From Vulcanimicrobiaceae bacterium (GTDB lineage Bacteria; Vulcanimicrobiota; Vulcanimicrobiia; Vulcanimicrobiales; Vulcanimicrobiaceae), in assembly GCA_036559195.1 (NCBI GenBank), contig DATBTN010000042.1, forward strand, positions 1 to 48,929: 48,929 bases of DNA. Reading direction: 5' to 3'. The first letter of the stretch is position 1. Each line of letters starts with the position of its first letter. Under the pieces are notes generated by a model. The model was given only the letters and a program-made list of their open reading frames with translations, did not search any database and was not told the DNA's origin. Both the position numbers and the translations under genes were made by a program. Shown piece after piece: positions 25,556 to 34,592 of the stretch.

Positions 25556-26383
25556 ATGCGCGTTAGCTCGCTGCTGCTGCTGGCCGCCCTGTGGGGGGCG
25601 CCGCCCCCGGTACTCGCCGCCGCCGGTGCCACGCCGGTCCCGACGGCGACCGCCGCCCCCAGCGACCCCTGCGGCGGTTCCGGGCGATTGCTCGCTACCC
25701 TCAATCGGCCGACGGTTGGATTTAGCGCTTGCGCGGCGGCACCGAAAACGGTCCTGCTAGAAGTCGGCTATCAAAACCAAGAAACCGGAAGCGACGCGCT
25801 CGCTTCGCGAACCAGCCAGTATCCGCAAACGTTCGTGCGGGCCGGGCTGAGCCGCGGTGTCGAGCTCGACGTGATCGGTCCAAACTTCGCAGGCGGCGGC
25901 GCATACGATTCCGGTCTGGGCCTTAAGTACGAACTTCCGCCGTCGGGAAAGTTCACGGTCGCAATTGACGGACTCTATACGAGTCCCAACGGGTCGCCGT
26001 TGCTAACGGCCGGCAACGCTACACTCACCGGCAATCTCGATATTGCGTACGCGTTGGACGAAACCACCGGGATCGGCACGACGCTCGCGCTCGCCAGCAC
26101 GGGCGGGTACGCAGCCGACGGAACGCACGCGCGATACGGCGTCTTCATGCCTTCCTTCGTGGTCACGAAGCAGTTGCCGAACTTCTATCAACTCTACGGT
26201 GAGTACGTCTACGCCTCGCGCGTGGCACCCGACGCGGGCGGACGCGCCTTTGTGGACTACGGGGTGCAGAAGCTGCTGGGGCCGAGATTCGAAATAGACG
26301 CCGAGTTGGGGAATTCTCTCACGGGCAATCCCGCAATGCGTTTTCACTACGTCGGATTCGGATTCGGCATCGCGCTGCCGTAG
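25556..26383 (+). CDS. outer-membrane beta-barrel protein (transporter/porin-like)
   Basis: Signal peptide MRVSSLLLLAALWGAPPPVLAAAGA. Alternating amphipathic beta-strands. The C-terminal YVGFGFGIALP is rich in aromatics and glycine. Confidence 0.65.
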   Translation: MRVSSLLLLAALWGAPPPVLAAAGATPVPTATAAPSDPCGGSGRLLATLNRPTVGFSACAAAPKTVLLEVGYQNQETGSDALASRTSQYPQTFVRAGLSRGVELDVIGPNFAGGGAYDSGLGLKYELPPSGKFTVAIDGLYTSPNGSPLLTAGNATLTGNLDIAYALDETTGIGTTLALASTGGYAADGTHARYGVFMPSFVVTKQLPNFYQLYGEYVYASRVAPDAGGRAFVDYGVQKLLGPRFEIDAELGNSLTGNPAMRFHYVGFGFGIALP

Positions 26384-26401
26384 CGGCGGGATAATTCTGG
26401 T

Positions 26402-27046
26402 ATGATGCAGAGCATGGACGTTCGGTTTGCGGCCACCGCGTTTGCGACGGCCTTCACGATCATCGACCCGCTGGGAATGATCCCGCTGACGCTCGCCGCG
26501 ACCGCGCGAACGCACGTCGACAAGCGCCGCGAAATCGTCGATCAGGCCGTACTCGTTGGGGCGGGCGTGATTTTAGTAATGGGTCTCGTCGGCCGGGCGA
26601 TTTTAAACTATCTGGGGATCACGTTGCCGGCGTTCACGATCGCCGGCGGCATTCTGCTCTTTCTCATCGCCATCGACATGCTCTTCGCGCGGCCCACCGG
26701 AGCGAAGCGCACGCCCGATGAGGAACGCGAAGCGGCCGCGGTCGAGAATCCGGCGGTCTTTCCGCTGGCGGTGCCGATGATTGCGGGACCCGGGACGATC
26801 GCAACGGTTCTCTTGCTCGTGAGTTTGGCCAAGGGCGACCGGCTCGATCTGCTCATCGTCGCGCTCGCCTATGCCGTCGCGCTCGTCGTTGCGTGGCTGT
26901 GCATGCGCGGATCGACCGTGCTGCTGCGCGTGATCGGCAATACGGGCGTCCATGTCGTAACGCGTTTGTTAGGCATCATTCTGGCGGCGCTCGCGGTGCA
27001 ATTCGTCCTCAACGGTATCGTTCAATCGCCGCTGCTGCATCGCTAA
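26402..27046 (+). CDS. marC: MarC-family (UPF0056) integral membrane protein
   Basis: 214 aa with 6 TM segments. FTIIDPLGMIPL motif. Confidence 0.85.
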   Translation: MMQSMDVRFAATAFATAFTIIDPLGMIPLTLAATARTHVDKRREIVDQAVLVGAGVILVMGLVGRAILNYLGITLPAFTIAGGILLFLIAIDMLFARPTGAKRTPDEEREAAAVENPAVFPLAVPMIAGPGTIATVLLLVSLAKGDRLDLLIVALAYAVALVVAWLCMRGSTVLLRVIGNTGVHVVTRLLGIILAALAVQFVLNGIVQSPLLHR

Positions 27047-28077
27047 GATCGTAACGCGGCGGCCGCCGCATCGGCGTCGGCCTCGCAATTGTAGATGTGG
27101 AACGAGAGTCGCACGCGGCCCGCACGAACCGAGGCACGAATGCCGGCGCGCTCGAGCGACTCGTACCCGTCGTTCGAATCCAGATACACGATCGGCGACG
27201 ACGGCGGTTCGAGATCCATCGCATCGCAGAACCGGCGAGCGAGCATCATGTCGTGCGCCTCGATGCGCGCGATACCGATCGATGCGAGCATATCGAGGGA
27301 GACGGCGGTGCCGACCCACGAAAACCAGGCCGGCGACGTATCGAGCCGGCGTGCGGTGCTTTGCGATATGCGATTGGGAAGCCCGAACAGATTGTTATTC
27401 GGATCCTCGGTCGCGTACCAGCCCGCGTGAAGCGGCGGGACCGATGCCAAACGATCGGGCCGGACGGTGAGAAATGCGCTGCCGCGCGGGCCCATCAACC
27501 ACTTATAGGCGTGGCACACGTAGAAGTCGATCTCGCGAGCGTCGGTGGGAAGCCAGCCGCACGCCTGCGTGCCGTCGACGCAAAGCTGCGTCCCGGTTTG
27601 TTTGCACTTCGCAAGGAGTCGCGCGAGATCCGCGACTTCACCGCTTCGCGCCTGTACGTGGCTCACGACGACGATGGCGTGCGACGCGTCGATCGAATCG
27701 GCGAGTGCCGCGAGTGGAACCGCGTCGACGCGGACGCCGCGGTGCTCGTGCACGGAGAAGGGAAAAATCGTCGAACTGAAGTCGTTCTCGGCCGTTAACA
27801 CGCGGGCGCCGTCGGGAACCGAGGCGGCGATCAGGCCGATCAGTTCGGAGACGGTGGCACCGACGGCCACGTTGCACGGCTCGACGCCGAGGATTCCCGC
27901 AAACGTAATGCGGGCGCTCTCGGTACTGGCTTCCCACGCGTCTTCGCTCGTGCGTCCGGTTCGCCAGTTCTCGAGCGCGGCGACCGTTGCGTCGAATGCC
28001 GGTTTTGGCGGAAGACCGTAAGTCGCGGTGTTGAGATAGATGCCGCGTTGTTCCCAAAAGTCGCCGATCTCGCGCAT
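27043..28077 (-). CDS. aminotransferase class V / PLP-dependent cysteine-desulfurase-like enzyme
   Basis: 344 aa. HAYKWLMGPRG lysine motif of fold-type I class V enzymes. Confidence 0.8.
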   Translation of the reverse strand: MREIGDFWEQRGIYLNTATYGLPPKPAFDATVAALENWRTGRTSEDAWEASTESARITFAGILGVEPCNVAVGATVSELIGLIAASVPDGARVLTAENDFSSTIFPFSVHEHRGVRVDAVPLAALADSIDASHAIVVVSHVQARSGEVADLARLLAKCKQTGTQLCVDGTQACGWLPTDAREIDFYVCHAYKWLMGPRGSAFLTVRPDRLASVPPLHAGWYATEDPNNNLFGLPNRISQSTARRLDTSPAWFSWVGTAVSLDMLASIGIARIEAHDMMLARRFCDAMDLEPPSSPIVYLDSNDGYESLERAGIRASVRAGRVRLSFHIYNCEADADAAAAALRS

Positions 28078-28182
28078 GACGCTCCCAATAGAACGCGGGT
28101 CGTAGCAATGTCCTGCAAAACGCGTACGAAGCGCTCGCTCGAGTGCGAGGAGTTCGTTTACGCCGCTGCAAAAGGCGGCCGT

Positions 28183-28632
28183 ATGTTGAAGCGTTCACTC
28201 TACAGTCTGTTCGCGTGCGCCCTGAGCGTATCGCTATTCGTCGCTCCCGCCGGCGCGGGCACGATCTCCGGCGGTGCCGGTCTATTCACGCAAAGCGGAA
28301 ACGGTGCGTCGTCGACGGGCGGGGCGGTATTTTTGAGTTCGGGGCGCGCGGTTCCGGTGCTGCCGGCGTCGATCGACGTGACCGGGCTGCTTCCGCTCGG
28401 CAGTAAGGGCGGCTACGCGCTTACGGTTGAAGGCCGGGCCGGCGCGGCGGGATTCTACGGCGGTGCCGGTGTGGGAGTCGGGCAGCTCGGCGGTGCGAAG
28501 AGCACCGGCATCTTCACCGCGTTCGTCGGCGCAAAAGTTGCGCCGTTCACCTCACTCGAACTGCGCGGCTACACCGCTGCCGGCAACACCGGCGCCAACG
28601 CGGCATTACTCGGCCTGCGCTTCCAGCTCTAA
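28183..28632 (+). CDS. small secreted Gly/Ala-rich protein (possible 8-strand OM beta-barrel)
   Basis: ATG at 28183 with AAAGG upstream. Signal peptide MLKRSLYSLFACALSVSLFVAPAGA. C-terminus LGLRFQL. The part of ORF 28048 upstream of this ATG was rejected. Confidence 0.55.
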   Translation: MLKRSLYSLFACALSVSLFVAPAGAGTISGGAGLFTQSGNGASSTGGAVFLSSGRAVPVLPASIDVTGLLPLGSKGGYALTVEGRAGAAGFYGGAGVGVGQLGGAKSTGIFTAFVGAKVAPFTSLELRGYTAAGNTGANAALLGLRFQL

Positions 28633-28636
28633 ACCG

Positions 28637-29611
28637 CTAGTTCTTCGGTTCGACGATCGCCTTGTCGGAGGACGAGGCGAATCCGTTCACCCAGAGCGGC
28701 GACCACTGCGTCGGCGAGATCGCTTGAAACGAAATGCTCGCGCGATCGTACGTATGCGGACCGACGCTGACCGGCGCGTCCGCGGTCTCGGAGGCGATGT
28801 ACTGCACGCCGTCGACGGTTCCGAACGTGATGGTCCAAGGCACCATCGCCTGCGGCGTCGTGAAATTGCCCGCGGTGACGATCTGCGTGGTTGCGTAGGT
28901 TTGCGGGTCGATCCACATCTCGCGTAGGCGCAGGCGCGCCGGATCGTGCACCGGATGCAGCGAGAGGTGATAGGCGGGTTGTCCGTTCACGCGCTCGGTG
29001 CCGTCGAACGTGACGACGTAATCCCGGGCTTGCGCGCTGACGCTGGCAATCTCTTTGAGCGTGCCGTCGCTATTAAGTTCTTGCGCCTTGGCGGCCGGCA
29101 TCGGGTCGTTGAACTGCCTGCGTATTTGGGCGACGAGCTGATCGCTCGTAACGCTCTGCTCCGGCGCAACGTACGGTGCGAGACCAAACGAGTAGTTGGG
29201 CGCCAGCAGCGGGATGCCGAGAAAATCTACGGCCTCTTCGGGATTGCCGACGCGCTTGTCGACGATCGTTTGATACTGGCGTTTCGGACGAATATGCAGG
29301 TTTATGCCCGTCGGAACGTGCGGCGCCGCGTGTTCCTCATCGCTGATCGCATTGACGTGAACGACGTCGTGCAGCGCGTCGTAGACGGAGTGATAGTGGT
29401 TCGACTTCGTGACGCCGCGTTCGTCGACGCTCACCACGATCGTGTAGGCGAGATAGTCGGGGTACTTCTGCGCCAGCCAAACCGTGCGGGCGTGGCCGTA
29501 GATGGAATACGCCGAAGTGCCCGCCGCCGCCAACGTATCGCTCGCGCGCGCCGCGCTCGCCTGGGAGGCCAGTAACAACGCGCAAATCAATGAAAATCGC
29601 GGCCAGTGCAT
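28637..29611 (-). CDS. secreted hypothetical protein, largest member of the 3-copy paralogous family
   Basis: Signal peptide MHWPRFSLICALLLASQASAARA. Motif block YHLSLHPVHDPARLRLREMWIDPQTYATTQIV. Confidence 0.65.
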   Translation of the reverse strand: MHWPRFSLICALLLASQASAARASDTLAAAGTSAYSIYGHARTVWLAQKYPDYLAYTIVVSVDERGVTKSNHYHSVYDALHDVVHVNAISDEEHAAPHVPTGINLHIRPKRQYQTIVDKRVGNPEEAVDFLGIPLLAPNYSFGLAPYVAPEQSVTSDQLVAQIRRQFNDPMPAAKAQELNSDGTLKEIASVSAQARDYVVTFDGTERVNGQPAYHLSLHPVHDPARLRLREMWIDPQTYATTQIVTAGNFTTPQAMVPWTITFGTVDGVQYIASETADAPVSVGPHTYDRASISFQAISPTQWSPLWVNGFASSSDKAIVEPKN

Positions 29612-29739
29612 CGGCTACCTCCTTCCCCGAAACGCGCCTCGTTCATCTGCGGTTCCTCGCGCAGGCGAGCGTCCCCTTACGTTAGCGTTCATCGAAGCGT
29701 CATTTATTCGGGGTATGCTAACGTCCAGGAGGATCGAGA

Positions 29740-30321
29740 ATGCAACAGCGTTGGTGGCCGGCCGTACTAACCTTGGCGCTCGTCGCAAGCGGGTGCTCGC
29801 AACAGCAAAGCGCCTCGACGGCGAGCGTTGCGACGGCGGCCCCGCAGGCGGCGGCGCCGCATGCCGCACAGGCCAATCCGGCCGGCGACATTCCCGATAC
29901 GCAGCTCTTCGTGCCCTACGCGTCGAGCGGCGGGTATTCGGTGCTCGCGCCCGAGGGCTGGTCGCGTAGCACCCAGGGTTCCGACGTCACGTTTACCTGG
30001 CACTACGACGGCGAGCGCGCCGTGGAGACTCGGGGCGCATCGAGCACGGGTGCGGCGCTCGCGGCGATTCGATCGGCCTTTGCCGGCGTCCGCGATGCGA
30101 AGGCGAAGACCGTCACGCTCCCGAGCGGTCCGGCAACTTTGATAACCTATACGTCGGATTCCGCGACCGATGCGGTGACGGGCAAGCGGATTCGTCTCGA
30201 AAATAACAGCTACGTTTTTGCACGCGGAGGTAAGAGCGTGCGCGTCGATCTCTGGGCACCGCTCGGCGCCGACAACGTCGATCAATGGCGTAAGATTTCG
30301 CGCAGCTTCGCGTGGAAGTAG
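29740..30321 (+). CDS. lipoprotein (lipobox LVASGC), first gene of an ABC exporter operon
   Basis: MQQRWWPAVLTLALVASGCSQQ. 193 aa. Its stop overlaps the start of the first ATPase gene. Confidence 0.65.
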   Translation: MQQRWWPAVLTLALVASGCSQQQSASTASVATAAPQAAAPHAAQANPAGDIPDTQLFVPYASSGGYSVLAPEGWSRSTQGSDVTFTWHYDGERAVETRGASSTGAALAAIRSAFAGVRDAKAKTVTLPSGPATLITYTSDSATDAVTGKRIRLENNSYVFARGGKSVRVDLWAPLGADNVDQWRKISRSFAWK

Positions 30322-30992
30322 CCGCGGCGAGACCCACCCTCGAAGCGCACGATCTCTATCGGTTTTACCACGCCGGTGAAGAAGAGACGCTCGCGTTGCG
30401 CGGAGTCTCGCTGGCAATTGCGGCCGGCGAAACCGTGGCGGTGATGGGGCCGTCGGGGAGCGGAAAATCGACGCTGCTTGCGTGTCTCGCGGGCTTGGAC
30501 GAACCCGACGGCGGGTACGTCGTCGTTGACGGTACTCGCTTAACGCGCCGTTCGGAAGGCGATCGCGCCACGATTCGGGCGCGCAAAATAGGCATCTTGC
30601 TGCAATCCGGAAATTTGATCGGCCACCTGACCGTCGCGGAGAACGTCGCGCTGCAGCTGCAGCTCGCGCACCGTTCAACGGGCAAACGCGTCTCCGAGCT
30701 GTTGCGCGCCGTCGGACTCGAAACTCGCGGCGGTTCCCGTGCGGATCATCTTTCCGGCGGCGAGACGGCGCGCGCCGGACTCGCCATCGCGTTAGCGGTC
30801 GATCCGCCGCTGATCTTGGCGGACGAACCCACGGGTGAAGTAGACGCTCAAACCGAGAAACGATTGCTCGAAATGCTCGATCGCCGCAAAGCGGCAGGCG
30901 GCGCGACGCTGGTTGCAACGCACAGCGAGGCGCTGGCGGCCTGGGCCGACCGAGTCATTCGCCTGCACGACGGACGCGTCGTCAATGAGTGA
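30312..30992 (+). CDS. ABC transporter ATP-binding protein 1 (deviant signature LSGGETAR)
   Basis: Walker A GPSGSGKST, Walker B ILADEPTGEVD, H-loop ATHSE. The signature is LSGGETARAG rather than the canonical LSGGQ. Confidence 0.9.
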   Translation: MEVAAARPTLEAHDLYRFYHAGEEETLALRGVSLAIAAGETVAVMGPSGSGKSTLLACLAGLDEPDGGYVVVDGTRLTRRSEGDRATIRARKIGILLQSGNLIGHLTVAENVALQLQLAHRSTGKRVSELLRAVGLETRGGSRADHLSGGETARAGLAIALAVDPPLILADEPTGEVDAQTEKRLLEMLDRRKAAGGATLVATHSEALAAWADRVIRLHDGRVVNE

Positions 30993-31647
30993 TGCGCTGG
31001 TGGAGGCGCGAAACGTCTCGCGAAGCTATCGGGTCGGCGGATCGGAGATCGTCGCGCTCGTCGATGCGAGTTGCAGCATCGAAGCCGGCGCTCGCGTCGC
31101 GCTCGTCGGACCGTCGGGCAGCGGGAAGTCCACGCTCCTGCAGATTCTCGGCGGGATCGACGCGCCGACGGGCGGTGCCGTTCGCTGGCCGGCGTTTGGA
31201 ACGATCGACCGGCTGCGTCCGCACAACGTCGCGTTCGTATTCCAAAATATGAGTTTACTCGCACCGCTGACGGTTCTTGAGAACGTCGAGCTGCCGCTGC
31301 TGCTCGAAGGCGAATCCCAATCGCGCGCGCGCGCCGGCGCGCTGCAGATGTTGGAATCCATCGAACTCGCAGGTCTTGCGGAGAAGCTGCCGGAGGAACT
31401 GAGCGGCGGTCAGGCCCAGCGCGTCGCGTTCGCGCGCGCTCTGGTTGCGAAGACGCCGCTCGTCTTAGCCGACGAACCGACGGGGCAACTCGACGGACCG
31501 ACTGCGGAACGGCTGCTCGATGTCGTCATGCGATCGCTCGAGGGCACGAAGACGGCCCTCGTCATCGCCACGCACGATCGCGCCGTTGCGGCGCGCATGG
31601 AGCATCGCTGGAGTATGGAGCACGGCATCTTGCGGGTGAGCGAATGA
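30985..31647 (+). CDS. ABC transporter ATP-binding protein 2 (canonical signature LSGGQAQR)
   Basis: Walker A GPSGSGKST, LSGGQAQRVAFARAL, Walker B LVLADEPTGQLD. 8-nt overlap with ATPase 1. Confidence 0.9.
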   Translation: MSDALVEARNVSRSYRVGGSEIVALVDASCSIEAGARVALVGPSGSGKSTLLQILGGIDAPTGGAVRWPAFGTIDRLRPHNVAFVFQNMSLLAPLTVLENVELPLLLEGESQSRARAGALQMLESIELAGLAEKLPEELSGGQAQRVAFARALVAKTPLVLADEPTGQLDGPTAERLLDVVMRSLEGTKTALVIATHDRAVAARMEHRWSMEHGILRVSE

Positions 31648-34280
31648 TCGTCGTATGGTTGCGCGGATTGATCGGTACGCGCTCGGGCCGCCTCGTTGGA
31701 GCGATAGTCGGCGTTGCGCTGACGATCGCGCTGTTGGCGGCGATCGGGTCGTTCGTCTCGTCGAGTTCCGCGCAGATGACGGCGCAGGCGATCGCCGGCG
31801 TCTCGGTTGACTGGCAAGTCCAGCTCAACCCAAGCGCCGATCCGATGTCGATTCGCTCGGCAATCGCCAAAGCGACGCCGTACACCGCGCTCGAGCGCGT
31901 GTGGTATGCAAACGTCGCCGGCTTTCAACTGACCTCGAAGGGCTCCACGCAAACGACGGGCGCCGGCAAAGCGGTGGGTCTGCAGAACGGGTACTTGAAA
32001 GCGTTTCCCAACGAAGTGCAGTGGCTGGTCGGTGCTCGTAGCGGCGCGCTGCTCTTCCAGCAAACGGCTGCGAACCTGCACGCGAGTGTGGGCGACACCG
32101 TCACGATTCGCCGCGTTGGGTTACCGCCGGTGCGCGTGAAGGTCGCCGGCGTGATCTCGATGCCGAACATCGATTCGTTCTTTCAAGCGGTCGGATTGCC
32201 GCCGGGTGCGGCGCCGCAGGCGCCGCCCGATAACGTCGTGTTGCTGCCCGAAGCGCAATGGCACGCACTCTTCGATCGGCAACGGATCGTGCGTCCGGAC
32301 TCGGTGCGCGAACAGTTCCACGTGCGTATCGGTCACGCGCTTCCGGCGGATCCCTTAGCGGCCTACGCGGCCGTTACGGGCGAAGCCAAAAATGTCGAAG
32401 CGCGAATAGCGGGCAACGGCATCGTCGGCGACAACCTGGCGGCCAAATTGCTCGGAACGCAGGCCGACGCGCTTTACGCGCGCGTGCTCTTTTTGTTCCT
32501 CGGGATTCCCGGTGCGATCTTGGCCGTACTGCTGACCTTCGCCGTCGCCGGATCCGGCAACGTGCGGCGGCGCCGCGAGCAGGCGCTTTTGCGGGTACGC
32601 GGAGCGACGACGCGGCAACTCTTGAGTTTGAGCGGCGTTGAGGCCCTCGTCGTCGGAGTCGGCGGCGTACTCCTGGGACTGATTCTGCATGCCGCGCTCG
32701 CTCGCGGACACGTTGCGAGCGCGCCGGCTTGGATCGTTATCGCGGCGTGCATCGGCTTTGCCGTGGCGTTACTCGCGATTCTCGTGCCGGCGTGGCGGGA
32801 AGCCCGACTCACGACCGTCACCGCGGCGCGCGCGGTCGTTGGACGCGCCGTCGCGCCGCTTTGGGAGCGCCTCTTTCTCGATCTGATCCTGCTCGCGGTT
32901 GCCGTCGTGGTCTTTTGGCAAACGGCGAGTACGGGCTATCAGGTGGTTTTGGCGCCCGAAGGCGTTCCGCAAACCTCGGTGCATTACGAAGCGTTTCTGG
33001 CGCCGCTCTTTCTGTGGATCGGCGCGGGCTTGCTCACCGTGCGCGTTTGGCGTTCGATCGTAACGCGCGGCCGGCCGGGCGTGGCGGCGGCCTTGCGCGG
33101 GATCGCCGGACGGCTCTCCGGCGTCGTCGCGGCCTCGCTCGATCGCCAGCACGGCGCGGTAACCCGCGCGATTCTGCTGGTGGGGTTGGCGTTCGCTTTC
33201 GGCGTCTCGACGGCGGTATTCAATGCGACCTACAACGCTCAATCGCGGGTGGACGCGCAACTCACCAACGGTGCCGACGTAACCGTGAGCGGATTGACGA
33301 GCGCGCCGCCATCGGCGAAACTCGCGCAATTGCGTGCGATCCAAGGGGTCACCGCCGCCGCACCAATGCAGCATCGGTACGCCTACGTGGGCAGCGATCT
33401 TCAGGACCTCTACGGAATCGATCCGCATACCATCGGGTCGGTTACGCCCATGTCCGACGCGTATTTCGGGAACAATAACGCGCGGCAGACCTTAGCGGAT
33501 CTAGCCGCTCATCCGAACGGAATTCTCGTTTCCGAGGAGACGGTTACGACGTATCAGTTGCATCTGGGCGATAGCCTGACGCTGCGGCTGCAGAACGTGC
33601 GCACGCATGCGTACGTGCCGGTGAAATTTCGCTTTATCGGCGTGAGTCGCGAGTTCCCAACGGCACCCAAGGATTCGTTTCTGATCGCGAACATGGCGTA
33701 CGTCTCGCAGCAGACCGGTTCGAACGCGGCCGAAGACGTGCTGCTCAACGTGAAGAACGGCGCGATCGCCTCGGTCAGCCGTAGTGCTGGGAAGATCGTC
33801 GCGGGTCTGCCGGGGGCGAAGGTGACCGACGTTCTGCAGAGCCGCCGCAAAGTCGGCTCGAGTCTTACCGCGATCGACTTGCACGGATTGACGGCGATCG
33901 AACTGATCTTTGCGGTGCTATTCGTGGCGGCATCCACCGGCCTGTTGCTCGCGCTAGGCTTTACCGAGCGATTGCGGGCGTTCGCGATTCTGAGCGCGAT
34001 CGGCGCGAAGGACCGGCAGCTCGGAGCGTTTCTGTGGAGCGAAGCGGCACTCGTCGTGGTCGCCGGCGCGGCGTTCGGCATCGTGCTGGGCTTTTTGATC
34101 GCGCAAATGCTCGTGAAGGTGCTGACCGGTGTTTTCGATCCGCCGCCGTCGGCGCTCACCGTGCCATGGCTCTACCTTGCGATTCTCGCGATCGCCGCTC
34201 TGGCGTCGAGCGCCGTGGCCGTTTTGGTCGTGCTTCGCGCGACCAAAAGCGCCGTCGTTGGAGCGCTACGCTCGCTCTAG
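31644..34280 (+). CDS. ABC transporter permease with two fused FtsX-like domains (YbbP/COG3127-like)
   Basis: 878 aa. N-terminal TM segment, a large extracytoplasmic domain and 3-4 TM segments, with this unit repeated a second time (10 TM total). ATGA overlap with ATPase 2. Confidence 0.85.
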   Translation: MIVVWLRGLIGTRSGRLVGAIVGVALTIALLAAIGSFVSSSSAQMTAQAIAGVSVDWQVQLNPSADPMSIRSAIAKATPYTALERVWYANVAGFQLTSKGSTQTTGAGKAVGLQNGYLKAFPNEVQWLVGARSGALLFQQTAANLHASVGDTVTIRRVGLPPVRVKVAGVISMPNIDSFFQAVGLPPGAAPQAPPDNVVLLPEAQWHALFDRQRIVRPDSVREQFHVRIGHALPADPLAAYAAVTGEAKNVEARIAGNGIVGDNLAAKLLGTQADALYARVLFLFLGIPGAILAVLLTFAVAGSGNVRRRREQALLRVRGATTRQLLSLSGVEALVVGVGGVLLGLILHAALARGHVASAPAWIVIAACIGFAVALLAILVPAWREARLTTVTAARAVVGRAVAPLWERLFLDLILLAVAVVVFWQTASTGYQVVLAPEGVPQTSVHYEAFLAPLFLWIGAGLLTVRVWRSIVTRGRPGVAAALRGIAGRLSGVVAASLDRQHGAVTRAILLVGLAFAFGVSTAVFNATYNAQSRVDAQLTNGADVTVSGLTSAPPSAKLAQLRAIQGVTAAAPMQHRYAYVGSDLQDLYGIDPHTIGSVTPMSDAYFGNNNARQTLADLAAHPNGILVSEETVTTYQLHLGDSLTLRLQNVRTHAYVPVKFRFIGVSREFPTAPKDSFLIANMAYVSQQTGSNAAEDVLLNVKNGAIASVSRSAGKIVAGLPGAKVTDVLQSRRKVGSSLTAIDLHGLTAIELIFAVLFVAASTGLLLALGFTERLRAFAILSAIGAKDRQLGAFLWSEAALVVVAGAAFGIVLGFLIAQMLVKVLTGVFDPPPSALTVPWLYLAILAIAALASSAVAVLVVLRATKSAVVGALRSL

Positions 34281-34284
34281 GCGA

Positions 34285-34485
34285 TCACCTGGCGTGATGC
34301 CGTGCCATAACCGTGGTAATGATTTTGAGCCCGCCCGTGTTGGTGCCGGAGTTCGACGCGACCGTGAATCGCCCGAGAGCCGCGAATCCGAAGAAAACGA
34401 GGAGAAGCGCGGCGACTAGGCTGATGACGAGCCGGCTAAAACCCGGTCCGATGTGAGGACTGTGGGGTGCATGAAGCGCATGCAT
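34285..34485 (-). CDS. candidate small His-rich single-TM membrane protein (66 aa)
   Basis: ATG at 34485 preceded by AGGAGG 6 nt upstream. MHALHAPHSPHIGPGFSRLVISLVAALLLVFFGFAAL... Confidence 0.4.
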   Translation of the reverse strand: MHALHAPHSPHIGPGFSRLVISLVAALLLVFFGFAALGRFTVASNSGTNTGGLKIITTVMARHHAR

Positions 34486-34592
34486 GGGAGCCTCCTGCTC
34501 GAACTATTAACGAATTAATTGGTTCGACCCAAGTCTACGCTTGTCCGCATCGCCTGTCAATCAAAGAGTTTTTAGAAAATTGTGCCCGCGGT

